NCBI RefSeq assembly: GCF_947568905.1
Contig: NC_079169.1
Span: forward strand, 5,890,001 to 5,954,000
Length of the DNA stretch: 64,000 nucleotides
DNA from: Ostrea edulis
Taxonomy: Eukaryota
Direction of reading: 5' to 3'
Shown here piece by piece: positions 39,599 to 53,984 of this stretch. The stretch's first letter is position 1; every line of letters starts with the position of its first letter. The translations under genes and the position numbers were made by a program. Under the pieces are notes generated by a model. That model did no database searches. It was not told where the DNA came from and saw nothing but the letters and a program-made list of their open reading frames with translations.

Positions 39599-41640
39599 TT
39601 GTGGATTGTGAATATTCTTTCAGTGCTGGAATATAATGCACTATAATGTGTGACAATTTTGTATAATGATGGGTATAATGACGTCCGAACATCACCCCAC
39701 AGAGAACGATGTAATGGATGAAACACAAAAATGTTTCAAAGTAATATGCAATATTACTCATCTCATTCCATTACCAGATTGAAATCGCCGTCAATTTTAC
39801 AGACAGCCATTGCGTAACTCAATATTTAATGGAATCCAATGTAATTATTTGAACCATTGGTGAGGAGAACATGTAATTTATCATTATTAATTGCAATCAG
39901 TTTATTTTTTTGCTCCAATTGTTGTAAATATGAATGCGTGCTGGAGTAGTTTGTCGGGATCGTGCAGTTCGATTTCCCGTCACAGGTCTCTGTATATACT
40001 TATCTATTGTTTGATGTTTCACTTTATATACTTCATACAACGGGGGAGTGCTAGTGTAAAGTTCTTAACAATGCTTCCTCTGGTCGCCTCGCGCCATCAA
40101 ACCTTCTTCCACGGAGCGGATGTAATCACACACGACTTTATGAATAATTAATTATTGCCAGCTTCTTTTATGTGGTTGTACAACACACGACCTTGTGAAT
40201 AATCATTGCCTGCTTCTATGTGTTTGTACAAAATCTAAAGAGAACTGTATAAACCATATTTTGTCGTTTTTGTTAGAGAGTTTTTGTTATGTGACTATTT
40301 TCGTTATATTTTGATTTTTTAATGGATTAAAAGTTAGGAAAACAGCGTTCTGGTGTCCAAGAGACTTTATCAATTACATAATGAATGGCATGATAATGGA
40401 TAAGAATAATAAATATAGGATAGAAATGAAATTAGACAATTTTCGAAAATACATTGTATTCTAATTCTGATTTCTCTACAATCTAAATTACTGAATATGA
40501 ATCGGTTAACTCGAAATCCTAAAACTACGTAACCTACACTTGCGTTCTGAATTTTTTTTCTGATCATAATCTTCGATTATTGCATGTATGGTAGAAAGCT
40601 GATCATAATAAATAAAATTGCAAGCAGATATCTCTCACCATGAGTAACCATCAAACATCTTCCTCGCATTTCTTTTTAAACAGACATACACTTACAAGAA
40701 TATTGAAGACTTTAAATTCCTCAGTTATAAGACACACGGACAAGACAGAACGATTTGCCCTCCTTTGATAAACATATTCTAAGAATACCAGAATTAGTAT
40801 CATAATCTGTTTGAAATCCGACCAAAAAGAGATGCCTGTATCTCATTGTTTCTCTTTCGTTTTCTTTATACAACCCCTTGGGAATATTTAATCCACAGAA
40901 GAGATCTTATTTTCATGGACTGCCACGATTTGACGTTATTATTAACGTTCGAGTATCGTTTCAGAATGTGGTCTGTGCATTCAAACATTACATATACACA
41001 AAGTTTATTTTTCGTGAAAGCAATAAAGGTGCCAAGAAATCGATGATATTCTACAGTTACATGTTAAGAGAAATGAGATACTCACTTTGGGAATGTTCGA
41101 AAAGATATACCTGTTATTCAGAGAGGACTAGCCTGTGAGTGATACCCATGTACACGGTATATATCTACACATTTTTATTTGATTAAACATCTTTTAAATT
41201 AATTATACAGATCTGCCCGATTTGGGGAATAGGTAGTAAAATGGTTTGCCATGTAGGACGTTATGAACACGCGTTTCTATTGATAGCAATGTTGATATTG
41301 AACAACCGAGGGCTACATATTATGTGCATTGTATTAGGTTATAAGGATCCTCAACAATGGATTATAGATTAGATATCTCTCAGCCATTCTATATTTCTTT
41401 AAACATGATAAAGTGCATAGCTAACAGGTAACTTAAAACAACAGCAACAAAAATAATTTTTTTTTGTAGAACAGTTCATTCATTTTGGTATCAATGAAAA
41501 GAAAATTAATACAGAATACACAGACATGTGCACTTACATGTATATAATGTGCAAATACAAGTATACACTATGTCGTAGCGTGAAAGTGAAGTTGCTATTT
41601 AATGGGACATACGAAAGGAAAGAAGTAGGCGGGGGAGGGG

Positions 41641-41765
41641 TGTGTGAATTTAGGACAGTGTTTGCCTTTGGTGATGGGGGGGGGGGTGTGAATTTAGGAC
41701 AGTGCTTGCCTTTGGTGATGGGGGGGGGGAGGGTGAATTTAGGACAGTGCTTGCCTTTGGTAAAA
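41641..41765. repeat. Short tandem triplication (~46 bp) with G-runs
   Basis: GTGAATTTAGGACAGTG(T/C)TTGCCTTTGGT(GATGGGGGGGGG) three times. Confidence 0.85.
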
Positions 41766-43800
41766 AGTATAAATCTACATATATTTATCTAAATAACAAA
41801 AATCGTTATGATTTCTTTCCATTTAATCCACAATTCTTTTTTAATCAAAATTTCTTTTTTGTGGTGATTCCAAAAGTAGTCTCAACGCCAAATTCTATTT
41901 TTAAAGTTGAAATTTGTAGCTAGGATGACATTATTTGTAAAGCTGTGACTTCTGTCAAGTTTATCTGACATACTGACGGATGAAAACGAAAGTGGGCGAT
42001 AATATATTGAAGAACCAGCTTAACAAGCTCTATATGCGAAATGCATGTTCTCTTTATAAATGCTGACACCCTCCCCCTTTGCCATAACCTTGAGAAATTG
42101 AATGAATAGCATCATTACTTTAATATCTTATCTTCGGACCGTTTTCAGATATTGAATGATTTAGGGACAAATGTCCAGTGGGATGTAGTAATCCAATAAA
42201 AAGAACCGCTGTACAAGGTGTTACTTATTGCCTTATCAACGTCATAAATCCCCCATACTACTACTGATTAAGTTGTTCAATGTGAACGGTATTGGACACT
42301 ATCTTACTCTGCCCCCAGAATGTATGATGAATTAATTGGTCGTCATCTACAATATGCACTGCATTAAATTCAAGGTGTTAATTCTATTTTCTTGGTTTTG
42401 AGTTAAATTAAGAAATGCATACTATTTATAAAGAGATCACAGCAACATAATATCCTTAAAATATGTCAATTTCATATCTTTTTTAAGTTCTAAAATCATA
42501 ACATTTTTAAAGATTGGAATGGGGAAAATGCTAATCTGTTTCTTTCTTTCACCAAGCACTTTTTATTTAAGTACGTCGATCTTACTGCATACAAAGATGT
42601 TTAACGGTATATTGAAATCGCATTGTGAATTACTTTTACAGAAACCAGTAACTGAAAAACCCATGAATTGACTGAGCCTTGCAAAGTGACTGATTGTCAA
42701 TTTCTGATATATTCAGACATTGCGGTAGCCTGTTCAATGGCCGCGTATCTAGTAACCTGAAAGTCGCGATTCTTTAACTGTGATCGCAAGCAAACTGGAC
42801 TACACTTATTCATCTACACCAAGGTTCCATAAAATACCTTAAGTTCTTGTAACTCGTATTTTCTCGCATGCTGTCGATTATGCGTGTATATTAGCCAAAC
42901 GGCTTATATAATTTCCGGAAATCTCTGCCAGCTTTTGTCTGTGTAGATTTATTACCACCAGTGCAGCAACAGAATATATTTTTATTTTCATCCAAGCCAA
43001 ATTAAAGGAATTAAAAGGTGTGAAAATTTATAGTGATTTTATAGTGTAATTTTGTTAGTTGTAAAATAAAAGTTTAGTTGACATTCAGTGAGATACATAG
43101 ACCACATATAAAAAAATTGTGGAATATCAAATATTAGATACAAGAAAAGAAAAAAACAACAAAAACAAAAAACAAAAAAACAAAAAACAAAACAACGACA
43201 ACAACAACAACCAGCAAAAGCATCTATGTTAAAAATTATGGAATATCAAATATTGCATTAAAAAACATTCAGCAAAAACATCTGTATTGCTACTAGGAGT
43301 AGAGCACTAAATTAGATTATCCTGATAATGAATCATTTTGCATTGTATAATCCTGTTCTATTAGGAAAGAAGTCATTTTTGATAAATTGAACTGTCATAA
43401 TTCGAGAGTGTAAAAACAATGAGGAAATGAATAAAGTGAGCCAGCCGTTCTGCATGTGTTCAATTCTATAGAACATAATTCACGAACTGTGTAAAGCTAA
43501 ATGCTGAAAGTAAATTACGACACCCTCCACCCACGCCTAATGGTGTAATCAAGGCGGCCTCATAAAAACGAAAGTTACACACCTGGATTTCATAGATGTC
43601 AAAGGTAAATATACACTTTCCCGTTCAATAAACAGCCCTGATATTCTGGTGTTAAACTAGAGGCTGGAGGCTTGTATCAATCTCCCTGCGAATTTTATCA
43701 TTCGTTATTCATTCATTCTCCGTAAACAGGAAACGGAATCATCTAGAATCATTACAAGACAATATTTTCAAATATTCAGCTCTCCTTCGACGCCAAATAA

Positions 43801-44210
43801 ACTGACCTCTAAAATAATGTCGACGTCACACTGACCTTTAAAATAATGTCGACGTCAGACTGACCTCTAAAATAATGTCAACGTTAGACAGACTGACCTC
43901 TAAAATAATGTTGACGTCAGACAGACTGGCCTCTAAAACAATGTCAACGTCAGGCTGATCTCTAAAATAATGTTGACGTCAGACAGACTGACCTCTAAAA
44001 CAATGTCAACGTCAGACAGACTGACCTCTAAAATAATGTCGACGTCAGACAGACTGACCTCTAAAATAATGTCGACGTCAGACAGACTGACCTCTAAAAT
44101 AATGTCGACGTCAGACAGACTGACCTCTAAAATAATGTCAACGTCAGACTGACCTCTAAAATAATGTCAACGTCAGACTGACCTCTAAAATAATGTCAAC
44201 GTCAGACTGA
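43801..44210. repeat. 29/33-bp minisatellite (~13 copies)
   Basis: CTGACCTCTAAAATAATGTC(G/A)ACGTCAGA(CAGA). Confidence 0.93.
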
Positions 44211-47200
44211 CTGTTCACTAAGAATTTCAACGTTAAACAGACGGACTACTAAGATAAGTCATATTAAAGCTTTTTGTAAATTAGGATATAACCGTATTTT
44301 TGTCTGTCTATAAGTCGGCGTGTCCATCCCTATAAAGCTGTGGAGACTGTAAAGTATCCCAGGCTCAGCAATAACCCCTTAGACTACTTGTTACCAGTTT
44401 AGAAACACACATTTGGTAAGATGTCTTTGTAAAAATCCACCTGTTGTTGTTTTCTTATGATATTTGCGTCGTCCTTCTAACCGACAGAGGATACCATAAA
44501 CCGCGCTCCTCTGCTGACGTAAGAATAAAAGTGGAGATGATCAATGATAGTACTATGATGGGAAAAATAAAGAAATGGTTTCATCGAGGTAAATTTTTTT
44601 TAAATTCAGACTAAAAGAAACAGTATTTGAATTAAAATTCCAGTAAACTTGTTTGTTTATCATTTAAATCCGTTTATTGTATTCGAATTTGAAGTCTAGA
44701 CTATGTGTCTTCTGAGTTAAGATGATTAGTGAGATCAATAAAGATATGAATAATAATCAAACTGTGAAGTACATGTTGATTACCTCGAGAGAGTACAATA
44801 ACCTAGCAAGGAGCGCTAAGCATTTGATGCGTGAGTTTTCTGATCTGCTGTAGTTACTTCGCTTGTGCCGATCAAGCTATCATCGTCGCCAGGATCATCG
44901 AACAAAAAAGCGTTACTTTCACAAACTACTGCTAACAGGACAGAAATATGTAAACCTTTGTCAATTTTTGAATTGCAAGATTTATTTACTAATAATCAAT
45001 TTATACATGTAAATATAACAGGCAAATGGTCGTGTAAGATGAACGAGTCATACTTAATATACATGTACATGTCGTGTCGCAGGGTAATTAGTCGGGAGGA
45101 CAAATTCAAAATATGGGCTGTTTTTTGTTGTGTTTTTTTTTTTTTTTTTTTATCAAAATCTATATTGTTGGTGTCAGAAATAAAATATGTTTCTTGTTGA
45201 AATGAATTAAATACATTCCACAGACAGAAAAGAATTAGGTACCTCTGATGAGATAAGTTAACACAAGAGTTCAAGAGAGCCCAAGAAATTCTTGTGTTGG
45301 ACGGAGAGAACGGGATTACATTTAACCTTGTGATTCAAGTACACATTTTTGAAATGTGTAAAATAACCATATTCCTTTCTTAATAGCATGGTGGTGGGCA
45401 ATAAAGCTCACAAATTTCCGTTTGATTTCTAAATGAAAGAGTTATAAAGGTATTAAATAATACCCCCTAATCTGAATGTAGTAAAAAATATAGAGCAAAT
45501 GCATTTGATTATTTTCTCACTGGCAATTTGAATGCTACTTACAGGCCAAACAAGGAGACATAGAGACGGGGTTGATGTTGAAGTTTTTTAATCCCGTCTT
45601 AGTCTGAACTACAGTGAATTTTATTTAGTCTAATATTTCAAAATTTGAGCCTTACATATCTGTCAGGCTAATGATGGCGGTATCATAATATCTGAAACTG
45701 CCTGCTACACATGAAATCACATCTTAAAATCATTTCTTGAATAGACGGTAGCCATCATATCAGTTAACAAAAATCTGTGTATTCAATTCCTTTTTCCTGC
45801 ACAACGAAAACTGAGATAGAGATCGGTGTATTAGCTGTGCAGTTGTGAAAGATTGCGAACATAAAGCAACCTTATAAAGTTATTAAACCAATTTTTGTTT
45901 ACAATGTGCAAATGAAATGAGGATGTCTAATGTCTTAAAAATCAACTACTAATCTTAATTATAGTGTTTTATTTTGATGATATGTTATGCCATTTAATTT
46001 CATTTACAAAGTAATTGTGTTTTATTGCTGTATTCCTCTTCTTACCCTTGTAAAGCACCTTAGAGTAATTTGATTAATATAAGGTGCTATATAAATTTTA
46101 TGATTATCATTATTAATATACTTGTACGTCTCTTTTTGCAAAAAGAATATAACTACATTTTGGACTTATCCAAAGAACATCTACGTGGATAATTGATGAT
46201 TAGATAAAGTTTTGAAATGAAGAGAATTCTGTCTGTCAGAAATTACAGACACAATGGTGATCAGAACAATGTAAATATATGAAAACTGTAAATAGTGCAA
46301 AAGATATGAAGAAATTGACACTGAAATATTAAAGATATGAAGAAAATTGACATTGAAATGGTATTAAAGATATGAAGAAAATTGACATTGAAATCATTAT
46401 AAAGAAACTCTTTAATATAACCACAAACACTTGGAATATGATTGTTCTTCAATAACAATTGTTGCTTTCCATTGGTCTACCCTCCGCGACAAGCCATTTT
46501 ATGTTTTATAATTTTCAGTCCTCCTTTTTCTCTCAAAATAAAAGTTTGCTTCAATAAGAGTGATCTTGTAAAACTTTGGCAAACAATGTCCCCATAAATC
46601 ATTGCGGATTTTCTTGTCGAATAAAAAAATGGGTTACGACTTTGACAGTCTAACCTTACGCTGTTCAAACACTCAGATAACACACTTTCGTCAAGAGAAA
46701 TGACATAATTCTTTTTGCCTTTATGTTTTGCATTTAATCAAAATGGTTTTTTGTTAATATGGATGTAATTTCGATCGTTTTATTGAAGCTTAATACCACT
46801 TCTCAAGCCGTTCGAGACCTCAGGGGGTCAAGGTCACGTGAAATGAATCTGCAACGAGAGTTCACATCATACAAAATCTCCTATTAATTATAGTGCAGTA
46901 TGGTAAGGTTTGTCAACAGTTTGAGTCTTAAGACTCCCATATCAATTTTATCAATACATAAAATGTGTAATGGAGTATGATGAAGATCAAACGATTCATT
47001 AAATTGACATCAATGCTTTTTTTTGTAGATTTGTACTCAAACTGTTCAGCAGTAAGAACATGACTGCCACAATAGATTTGGTATAGACTTACGACGCTGA
47101 AGAGAGCATTGTTATATTTAAAAAAAAATGCAACAATTCAAACTTCGAGTGGGTCAAACTAATCAACGCTGTGCTTTCACATCCAATTTTAATCAATTAA

Positions 47201-48181
47201 AAGCAAATTTTATTTGTAATTGAATCCTTTATGTAGATACTCATTACCCCATTGCCCCCAGGGCACAGAATTTTAAAGTTTTACGGTAAAAATCGTAAAA
47301 TGACACGACCCTTTGATAATTTATAATTAGTCGTCAATAGAGTGCCAAATTTCTGCACTGTGGAAATATTTTGACAAATTTTCAAGATATTTTTCTTTAA
47401 TGCAGCAGTCACTTTGAAAATCAATTTGCTATTTGCTTAATGCTTTCACACGACATAATATGTAATCAAAATAAAGTGAAAAATGACGTTCGTTGCGGAT
47501 GATGATTCTAAATGGCCATATACAACATTTAAACCATTTTAGATTGAATTCCCGCGGTTTGTTATTGCGTTCCCAGGTGTCAGACAACAGCAGATTTTAC
47601 TTTCTTTCTGTTTCAGTGGGGAAAAAACCGTAGACGTATTATCGGCTGATCTAAAGCAACCTAATAATGTAGTATAGGTCATTATATGCTGAGTTTCCGG
47701 GTACAACATACCATGACGTCTGGGGGAATTAAAAAAATCACCCGCAATGCATCTGGATCAACACCTGTAGAAATTGTACGATTGACTCACACGTTGCAGG
47801 TTGTCATCACCTTGAAAATGGATATCGGTTGCAATTGCATTCATACCCTCAGCGAAATTCCACGTGGAACATGTAACACATGTCAAGTAGAGTACCCTGG
47901 CTAGACAGGTGCCCGTTAGATAGTTTTTCGGATCGGAAACAAGATAAGGGGTTTCTAAGTCTTGTTGTCACCTAAGTTCTCTAGTGTTTTCTTTCATTGT
48001 TGTGCTCCAGTTTATTTCTCAGTTTAGGAAACTGCATATCCTTATAAAATGGCTTACACCTACAAGTAATCTCTGAAGCTGTTGCATCAAAATATTCCAG
48101 GTGTGCAGTGGTACTTCAATGACTCGGAACTCAGATACATTTGATATTATTTTGAAGGCCATAAATGCATATGCAATTGCA

Positions 48182-48185
48182 TTTA

Positions 48186-48216
<31 letters not shown>

Positions 48217-49130
48217 CAGCTTTTCTGATTGCCTGTTGTCCGTCTGTCTGTCTATAAACTTTTCTTTTTACATTTTCGACACTGGGCCAATTTCAATCAA
48301 ACGTGCAAAAAAGCTTCCGTGGGTAAAGGGCTTTTAGGTTTGTTCAAATGAAGGGCCATGTCCCCTTCAAAAGGGAGATAATCACAAAAATGCAAAAATA
48401 GGGTGGTGTCATTTAAAAATCTTCGTCTCAAGAACCACTTGGCTAGACGAGCTGAAATTTACATGAAAGCTGCCTGACATAGAGAGCAGATTTTAAGTTT
48501 GTTTAAATCTTGACCTTCGGGCGGTAGTATGGGACCACAATAGGGGATCACAGTTTTAAATACAAATATATAGGGAACATCTTTGAAAAGCTTCTTCTCA
48601 AGAACCACCGTGCCAGGAATGTACAAATTTACACGAAAGCTTCCTGACACAGTGCAGATTCAAGTTTGTTAAAACCATGTTCCCAGGAATAGGGTGGGGT
48701 CACAATAAGGGATCAACGTTTTACATACATAAAGGGAACATCATTAAAACTCTTCTTCTGAAGAATCACTGGGACAGAAAAGTTACATTTACATGAAAGC
48801 TTCCTTACATAGTGCAAATTCAAGTTTGTTAAAATCATTCCACCCATGGGGAAGGGTGGGGCCACAACAGGGGATCAACGTTTTACATACAAATATGTAG
48901 AGAAAATCTTTAAATAAAAATATTCTCTAGAATCATTAGGGCGGAGAAGTTTACATTTACATGAGAGTTTTCTAAAATAGTACAGATTCAAGTTTGTGAA
49001 AATCGTGGCCCACGGAAGTGGGTTCGGGTCACAACAGGGATCAAAGTTTTACATGCGAATATATAGGAAAGATCTTTAAATATGGGCCAAGTGACTCGGG
49101 TGAGCGATGTGGCCCATGGGCGTCTTGTTT
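48182..49130 (+). mobile_element. Helentron-associated non-autonomous element (HINE-like) carrying ~5 monomers of the oyster ~166-bp HindIII/Cg170-type satellite
   Basis: 5' TTTATAGCTCACCTGAGCTGAAAGCTCAAGTGAGC hairpin plus GTCCGTCTGTCTGTC microsatellite; internal monomers (CTCAAGAACCAC...AAGCTTCCTGACA.AGTGCAGATTCAAGTTTGTT) spaced ~161-170 bp; 3' GGTGAGCGATGTGGCCCATGGGCGTCTTGTTT subterminal repeat/hairpin. Confidence 0.8.
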
Positions 49131-50861
49131 TTAAAGCAACAGGAATTACAGCTCTCTGATTCAGTTAGGTCATACCTCTTGAAGTTTCAAATCCTGGCGC
49201 TCCAATTAATTAAATTTGTCATTACATTCTGCTTCTGTTGTCAAGGTCGACACAGGTCAAGGTCAACTTGCAAAGCATTTTTCAACGTAAGAATGCTATC
49301 CCGGCCTATTTTCATGCGACTGACAATAGAATACTAGTAATGCTTCTGTACGTTAATGTACAGAGGCATGCGCAAATTCAGATATTAGTAGTTTAAAAAA
49401 TAGTTCGTGGAATATATATTTATTCATAGGCGGAGAGACGCCACTCCAAAACTGTTCTAACTAAATTGAAACAAAATGTGTCATTGGTAAACAATGGTTT
49501 CAAAAGGAATTAAGGAAAATAGACCAAGTGAATGTAAATATTAGACTATATTTACATCTTCAATGTTTTTGCCTTAGACAGTTCTACAAATTATAATGAT
49601 GGCCATTTTCTCAAGAATGCGTAGCAGTTGTAAACAATGTGCGTATGAATACAGATAAATATAGCACATCTGTTTTAACCCCTAAGAATTCTGATAGAAA
49701 TGAAAGTAGAATATCTAAATACATGTATAGACAATAAATTATATGAGTGAATGAACTGCAATGTTATATTCCAGTATATCTTTCATGAAGACTTAATGAG
49801 CTTAATGAAGTATGCCAGCGTGAAGCGTCGCCGTTCATACCCACTTATTCCAACAACAAAAAATTTAATTTATTTATTTAAATATGACGACACATTGATT
49901 TCAGGGATAGAAACAGAGTCAGATATCATATAGACACGGTGCATGTACATGATTTCTTTCGTCTTCGTTTATCACCTACAACCTTTTATCAGGACATTGC
50001 CTTGATGGAGATCACGCCTCTGGACTTATGCTACAAAAGCACAACAGCCATCTATCTAATAAAAGAAGAATTACTTTTTCTTCTCTGTGATCTCGTAAGA
50101 TGTAAATGTTTAGCACATGTGGCGCTGTATTTAGAGAGGAATTCCAGGCCAGTGATGAGTTGTAATTAACGATTCCATTGTGTGTATAATGTCTCATTTT
50201 TATGTAATAATCTAAACAGGAAGTGTATATCTTGCACCGGAGGCCTTCCAAAAAATAAACAAATATCCTCAAGAATTATCCAAAATTTCATAAATATTTA
50301 TATAAGCAAACTTTTTCGGTTTATCGGGGAACGATTTGCTGTCTTAATTGTTTTCTTTCTCAATAATTGATCTGACCCTTTAAGATCTGATGTGTCTCAC
50401 CAAGGATTAAAAATCTTCTAGCGTGGCTCGATTTAGACAGGTTAATTTGTATCTACTGCCAATAAACCTGGTATGTCATGACATCCTCAAATGCGGGAGA
50501 ACGAGATTTCAATGGTCTTGGAGCGTCTACATCTTTATACCTTGACAGTTATTGGTCGTAGAACAATGCTATAAAATTCTTTATTTGAACATTGAACTTT
50601 TGTACATAATTTGTGAAACAAGAGACATCAAAGTGAGAAAATTCGGGGCTGGTGTAATTCAAGGGTGTGACGTGTGGTTTTGTCGCCCTAAACCTGTCAC
50701 ATTTCTCTACCCGAAAAGTACAAATTCGCACAACTCACCATCTATGTTTTTTTTTATCATTCTAAAAGGCTATAGTCCCTTTGCTTGCAGGATGTCTTTG
50801 TTACGTGAAAAATATGTCATTGTATTGCTATATGCATGCTTCCGGTATTCTTCTTAACTTA

Positions 50862-51180
50862 CGCCAGTCTGTTGCTAGAGATGTTCTGTTGCCAGTCTGC
50901 TGCTAGAAATGTTCTGTCGCCAGTCTGCTGCAAGAGAAGTTCTGTCGCCAGTCTGCTGCTAGAAATGTTCTGTCGCCAGTCTGCTGCTAGAAATGTTCTG
51001 TCGCCAGTCTGCTGCTAGAGAAGTTCTGTCGCCAGTCTGCTGCTAGAGAAGTTCTGTCGCCAGTCTGTTGATAGAGAAGTTCTGTCGTCAGTATGTTGCT
51101 ATAGAAGTTCTGTCGTCAGTATGTTGCTATAGAAGTTTTGTCGCCAGTCTGTTACTAGAGAAGTTCCGTCGCCAGTCTGC
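50862..51180. repeat. 28-bp minisatellite (~11 copies)
   Basis: GTTCTGTCGCCAGTCTGCTGCTAGA(GAA/AAT). Confidence 0.93.
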
Positions 51181-51265
51181 GAAAGCTGGGAGACGGGTAT
51201 CATCTTATTTTTATCTTTAACTTAACATCACTTTCAATTATGGAAAATTATATAGAACCATATTA

Positions 51266-51771
51266 ACGGGGCTGATCCAGCAATTGAGGTTAGGGACGCA
51301 ACTTGATAAGGCAGGTGGTCTGGGGTGCTTGAAGGCCCCCAGTGGGTCCAGGCACAGACAATCATATCGCTTGGGTTCGGATTTACTATCAAAAAGTAAT
51401 TCGAACCCAAGCGAAACAATAGCCTGTGGGTCCAGGGGAAAGCCCCCGGAAGCTCCTGGATTTCACAGATTTTATAGGGCTTGAAATGTCTCCCATGTAG
51501 TCATTTTTACTATTTTCTGTTATTTTTAATGGTGTGAAATTATGAAAATGACACAAATCTTAAGTTGTTTTTTTTTACAAAATATATGTTCTCCTAATAA
51601 AAGTAACTCAACAAAGTACAAGATCTTGTCATTTATTTCTCCGAAAGTGGAAAGAATATTGCTTCTTTTATCGGTTTTTGATTTCTTAACAAGATACTAT
51701 GATTTACTTTAAATTTGAAAAGTTTAAGGGGAGGGGGAGCCGCCGGGTGCGCCCCCTTAAATCCGCCACCG
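51266..51771. mobile_element. MITE-like non-autonomous DNA element
   Basis: Degenerate inverted ends ACGGGGCTGATCCAG ... TAAATCCGCCACCG with GC-rich subterminal GGGTCCAGGG/GCCCCC motifs, in AT-rich surroundings. Confidence 0.5.
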
Positions 51772-52068
51772 TTTATGATTACAATTCGGTTAGGATTTAT
51801 TATTGATATGCAGTAAGTCTAGAGACAACTCTATGTATTTGGGGTGTTCCTAAATCGGACAACAGAACGGAACACGGAAAATATTTTATGTAATAACATA
51901 TTGGAAGGAGGTCATCATTCGGTAAAACCAAAGAGCTTATGAACAAGGAAGGCAGAAATTACAGAGAGAACGGAAAGGCATCCTCAGAATCTAACGTTTC
52001 ATATATATTTATACAAATTTATGCATATGTATTTCAAAATCATCAGGATTTATTATGACAAATATTAA

Positions 52069-52571
52069 GCAAGTGCCTGTGGGTTCCACCTCCCCCTTCC
52101 TGGCTTTGTCATTTTCTACCCCCCCCCTCCTTCCTTCTCCCACCGATTGTGACAGTATGTTGTAAAAAAAAAAAAAACAAAACCAAATATACTGCAAAAG
52201 ACTTTAATTATAATCAACTTTTAAAATTTTATTACGTTTTACAGGCTGCCATGATAAATGATGATTTTATGAACCTAACCAATGAGAGAGGTTTTCAACC
52301 CCCTCCCCCACTCTGGAAACAACAATGAAAAATATATGATAATTTTCTCCACAATTATCCTTAACATAGCGTTAATAAATCGGACTTTATGTTCTAAGAT
52401 ACAAAACAAAAACTATTTTAGTAGATTATATTTATATGTCATTTTCAGATATTGGGTTCTTTTATTCGTTGTTTTTGCTGAACTGCTGTCACAATGGGTG
52501 GAACTGAAGGGGGGGGGGTGGTAAGAAATTGACAAAGCCGGGAAAAGGGAGTGGCACCCATATGCGCTTGC
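52069..52571. mobile_element. MITE-like element with 21-bp imperfect TIRs flanked by TTAA
   Basis: Left GCAAGTGCCTGTGGGTTCCAC vs right reverse complement GCAAGCGCATATGGGTGCCAC (17/21); flanks AAATATTAA / TTAATATTT. Confidence 0.6.
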
Positions 52572-52724
52572 TTAATATTTTTCACAATAAATTATGATGA
52601 TTCGTGTTTCGTTTCTTTTTATAGGTTTCGTTTCGGTATATTTCGTTTCGCTTCGCACTTTACAGGTACCCAAATTGAAAAGGGTTATACACATGCATCA
52701 TTTAATTGATAGTGGTGCCAAACC

Positions 52725-53624
52725 AATTTAAGATATTGAGCAGACAGTATTTTCTTATGTCCAGAGTGGATTGACCATGTGACCTAAAACTCAATAGGAG
52801 TCATCTACTCCCTATGATGTACTAGTGTACCAAGTTTGGTGTCAATCAAGCAAACGATTCTTAAAATATAGAAGACAATATATTTCTATGTCTAGTTTGA
52901 CCATTTACCATGTGAACCCAAATTCTATAGGGGTCATCTACTCCCTATGATGTACCAGTTTACCAAGTTTGATGTCTGTCAAGCAAAGAGTTCTCAAAAT
53001 ACTGAATGGGCAGTATATTCCTATATCTAGTTTGATCCTTGACCATGTGACCTCAAAATCAATAGTGGCCATCTACTGATGTACCAGAGCACCAAGTTTG
53101 ATGTCTGTCAAGCAAAGAGTTCTCAAGATATTGAACAGACAGTATTTTCCTATGTCCAGTATGACTCTTGACCTCAAAATCAATAAAAGGTCATCTACTC
53201 CCTATGGCGTACGTACCAGTGTACCAAATATGATGTCTGTGAAGCAAAGGGTTTGACCTATGACCACGGGATCTCAAAATCAATAGGGTCATTTACTCAT
53301 CACAATGTACAAGTGTACCAATCAATAGGGGTGATCTACTTTTTAGGATGTACCTGGGTACCAAGTTTAATGTCTGTCAAGGAAAGAGTTCTTAAGATAT
53401 TGAGGGGACAGTATCTTCCTATATCCAGAGTGGATTAACCCATGACCTTTTGACCTCAAAATCAACAGGGATCCTCTTCTCATAACCAACACATATATGA
53501 AATATCAGTAAGATCAAGTGAATGGTTCTCAATATATTGAGCGGACACCATGTGGTCTAGGCTACTGGCCGACATACCGACCGACCGACAGGTGCAATAC
53601 CCCTCTTCTTTGAAGGGGGCATAA
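52725..53624 (+). mobile_element. Tandem-repeat-bearing Helentron-associated/Pearl-type element with ~130-137-bp monomers
   Basis: Repeated GACCATGTGACCTCAAAATCAATAGGGGTCATCTACTCCCTATGATGTACCAGTGTACCAAGTTTGATGTCTGTCAAGCAAAG (CAAG anchors at 52831, 52964, 53093, 53225, 53362); ends with (ACCG)n and the CCCCTCTTC-TTT-GAAGGGGG-CATAA hairpin. Confidence 0.75.
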
Positions 53625-53984
53625 AAATCATTGGTTTTTTTTATGCTAATTTAAGTCATTACTTACTTGAGTAGGTCTTTCGGGGGAGCATATAGTCGTT
53701 GTTGTGGTCGTAAACCTTTCATTAGAAATTGATCATAATTCATCACAAATGTTCCTTTAGGATTTTTGGACCAAGGTCTCTCAGGGTCATTTGGGAAAGG
53801 TGAAGTTTCAGAACACTAAAGTTTATTATTTCAACAATTTTTGATCAGGTATTGATCATATGTCACAAATATAAGTAATAGGTAAATGACAATGACATTA
53901 CGACAATGTGACACAAGGTCATTTTGTAAAGGTCAAAGTCACTCATACCTTACATCATCTTCGCTTGCCAAGTGTCCGACTCCC

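Noticed and set aside
42000-42960. Decayed LINE RT on the minus strand
   Set aside because: Only faint, frameshifted motif echoes; too weak to call without a profile search.
45240-45300. Hammerhead at CTGATGAG...GAAA
   Set aside because: No helix I/II pairing compatible with the core.
47700-47790. Minus-strand micro-exon with good AG/GT borders
   Set aside because: No partner exons found and no recognisable product.
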